Source: a virus
Lineage: Duplodnaviria; Caudoviricetes
Length of the DNA stretch: 25,034 nt
Reading direction: 5' to 3' (one strand)
Virus record (IMG/VR): IMGVR_UViG_3300032232_000699
Location: 1-25,034 of that record
In this document: piece by piece, positions 24,530 through 25,034 of the stretch
Layout of the letters: the number at the start of each line of letters is the position of its first letter
How positions within the stretch are numbered: the stretch's first letter is position 1
Program-made: the position numbers and the translations under genes
Notes under the pieces: generated by a model
What the model was told of the DNA's origin: nothing
What the model saw: the letters and a program-made list of their open reading frames with translations, nothing else
Databases searched by the model: none

Positions 24530-25034
24530 TTATATGTCACTTAAAATATTCTCAATTAGTTCAAGTGCTTTTTCCATATTCATTTTCTCAGGCTTTAAAT
24601 TAAAATTACCCTCAACACTCCAACCTTTAATTTCGCCGTCTTTAATCTTTTGCCATACTTCATCATTGTTAATCTTTGCACCTAAAAACCAAGTCCCATC
24701 GGGGTAATCTCCTGCCATCCCTTGCACACCTTTTGCAGTATCTTTAATGAATGATTGAAAGAAAACAACACCGTCTTTTGTTTGTGTTGGGTCGTGCATT
24801 AAATTAAAATTTCTTTGAAAGTCTTTTTCAAAAAATTTTACTGCAATTTTTTCAATTGTTTCTTTACTGAAAAAGATGTCATATTCTTCGCCCGTTTCTT
24901 CATTAAGTCGGAATATCTTTAAGTTTGGAATCATTGCAGCACCTATGACAATTCTTTCATCTTGCTTTATTTCTGCAAAATTCATCGGCTTTGTTGATTG
25001 ATTGAATGCAAAGAAGTTTTTTTCTATTGCAGGA
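24530..25034 (-). CDS. XkdF-like putative prohead serine protease (5' end outside the window)
   Basis: Frame is open to the window edge (PAIEKNFFAFN..); GAAMIPN, NLMH, GTWF, IKGWSVEG motifs. Confidence 0.85.
   Translation of the reverse strand, partial: PAIEKNFFAFNQSTKPMNFAEIKQDERIVIGAAMIPNLKIFRLNEETGEEYDIFFSKETIEKIAVKFFEKDFQRNFNLMHDPTQTKDGVVFFQSFIKDTAKGVQGMAGDYPDGTWFLGAKINNDEVWQKIKDGEIKGWSVEGNFNLKPEKMNMEKALELIENILSDI

Larger units (their letters stand above)
1..25034. mobile_element. Tailed bacteriophage genome segment, probable Bacteroidota host
   Basis: Terminase, portal, capsid, protease, lysis and replication genes in dense modular operons; no bacterial housekeeping genes; Bacteroidota-type promoter boxes. 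Confidence 0.95.

Noticed and set aside
1-25034. Alternative genetic code or diversity-generating retroelement
   Set aside because: Long genes are intact under the standard code; no reverse transcriptase or TR/VR repeat pair was seen.

Overview
The whole window is a segment of an AT-rich tailed-phage (Caudoviricetes) genome. The host is most likely in Bacteroidota, inferred from TAnnTTTG-type -7 promoter boxes, A-rich translation starts without Shine-Dalgarno motifs, and a signal peptide followed by Gln. No host genes, integrase, tRNA or CRISPR array were seen. The leftward (-) arm from about 8550 carries small early genes, a NUMOD1 protein, an HNH-like protein, a VRR-NUC nuclease, a C5 DNA methyltransferase, a Prim-Pol/DUF3987 primase-helicase, an iteron-rich putative origin, a sigma-like factor and the terminase small and large subunits (the large subunit runs off the left edge). 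The rightward (+) arm, 8650-12614, carries a small RHH-like regulator, an ERF recombinase, an SSB and small hypothetical genes. The late (-) arm, 12700-25034, carries an XkdF-like prohead protease (truncated), scaffold, major capsid, tube-like protein, extended portal, neck proteins, a fibre-like protein with a signal peptide, a lipoprotein, holin candidates, a u-spanin-like protein, a metallophosphoesterase and a GH24 endolysin. The most notable observations are: (1) a ~1.04 kb segment built like an integron gene cassette, with a split attC-like hairpin and no integrase in the window; (2) export signals on genes in the tail-fibre position; (3) a promoter/leader/terminator element with a loop pseudoknot upstream of the primase; (4) a ~190-nt stem-enclosed intergenic RNA candidate. 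All family calls come from reading motifs by eye, not from database searches.
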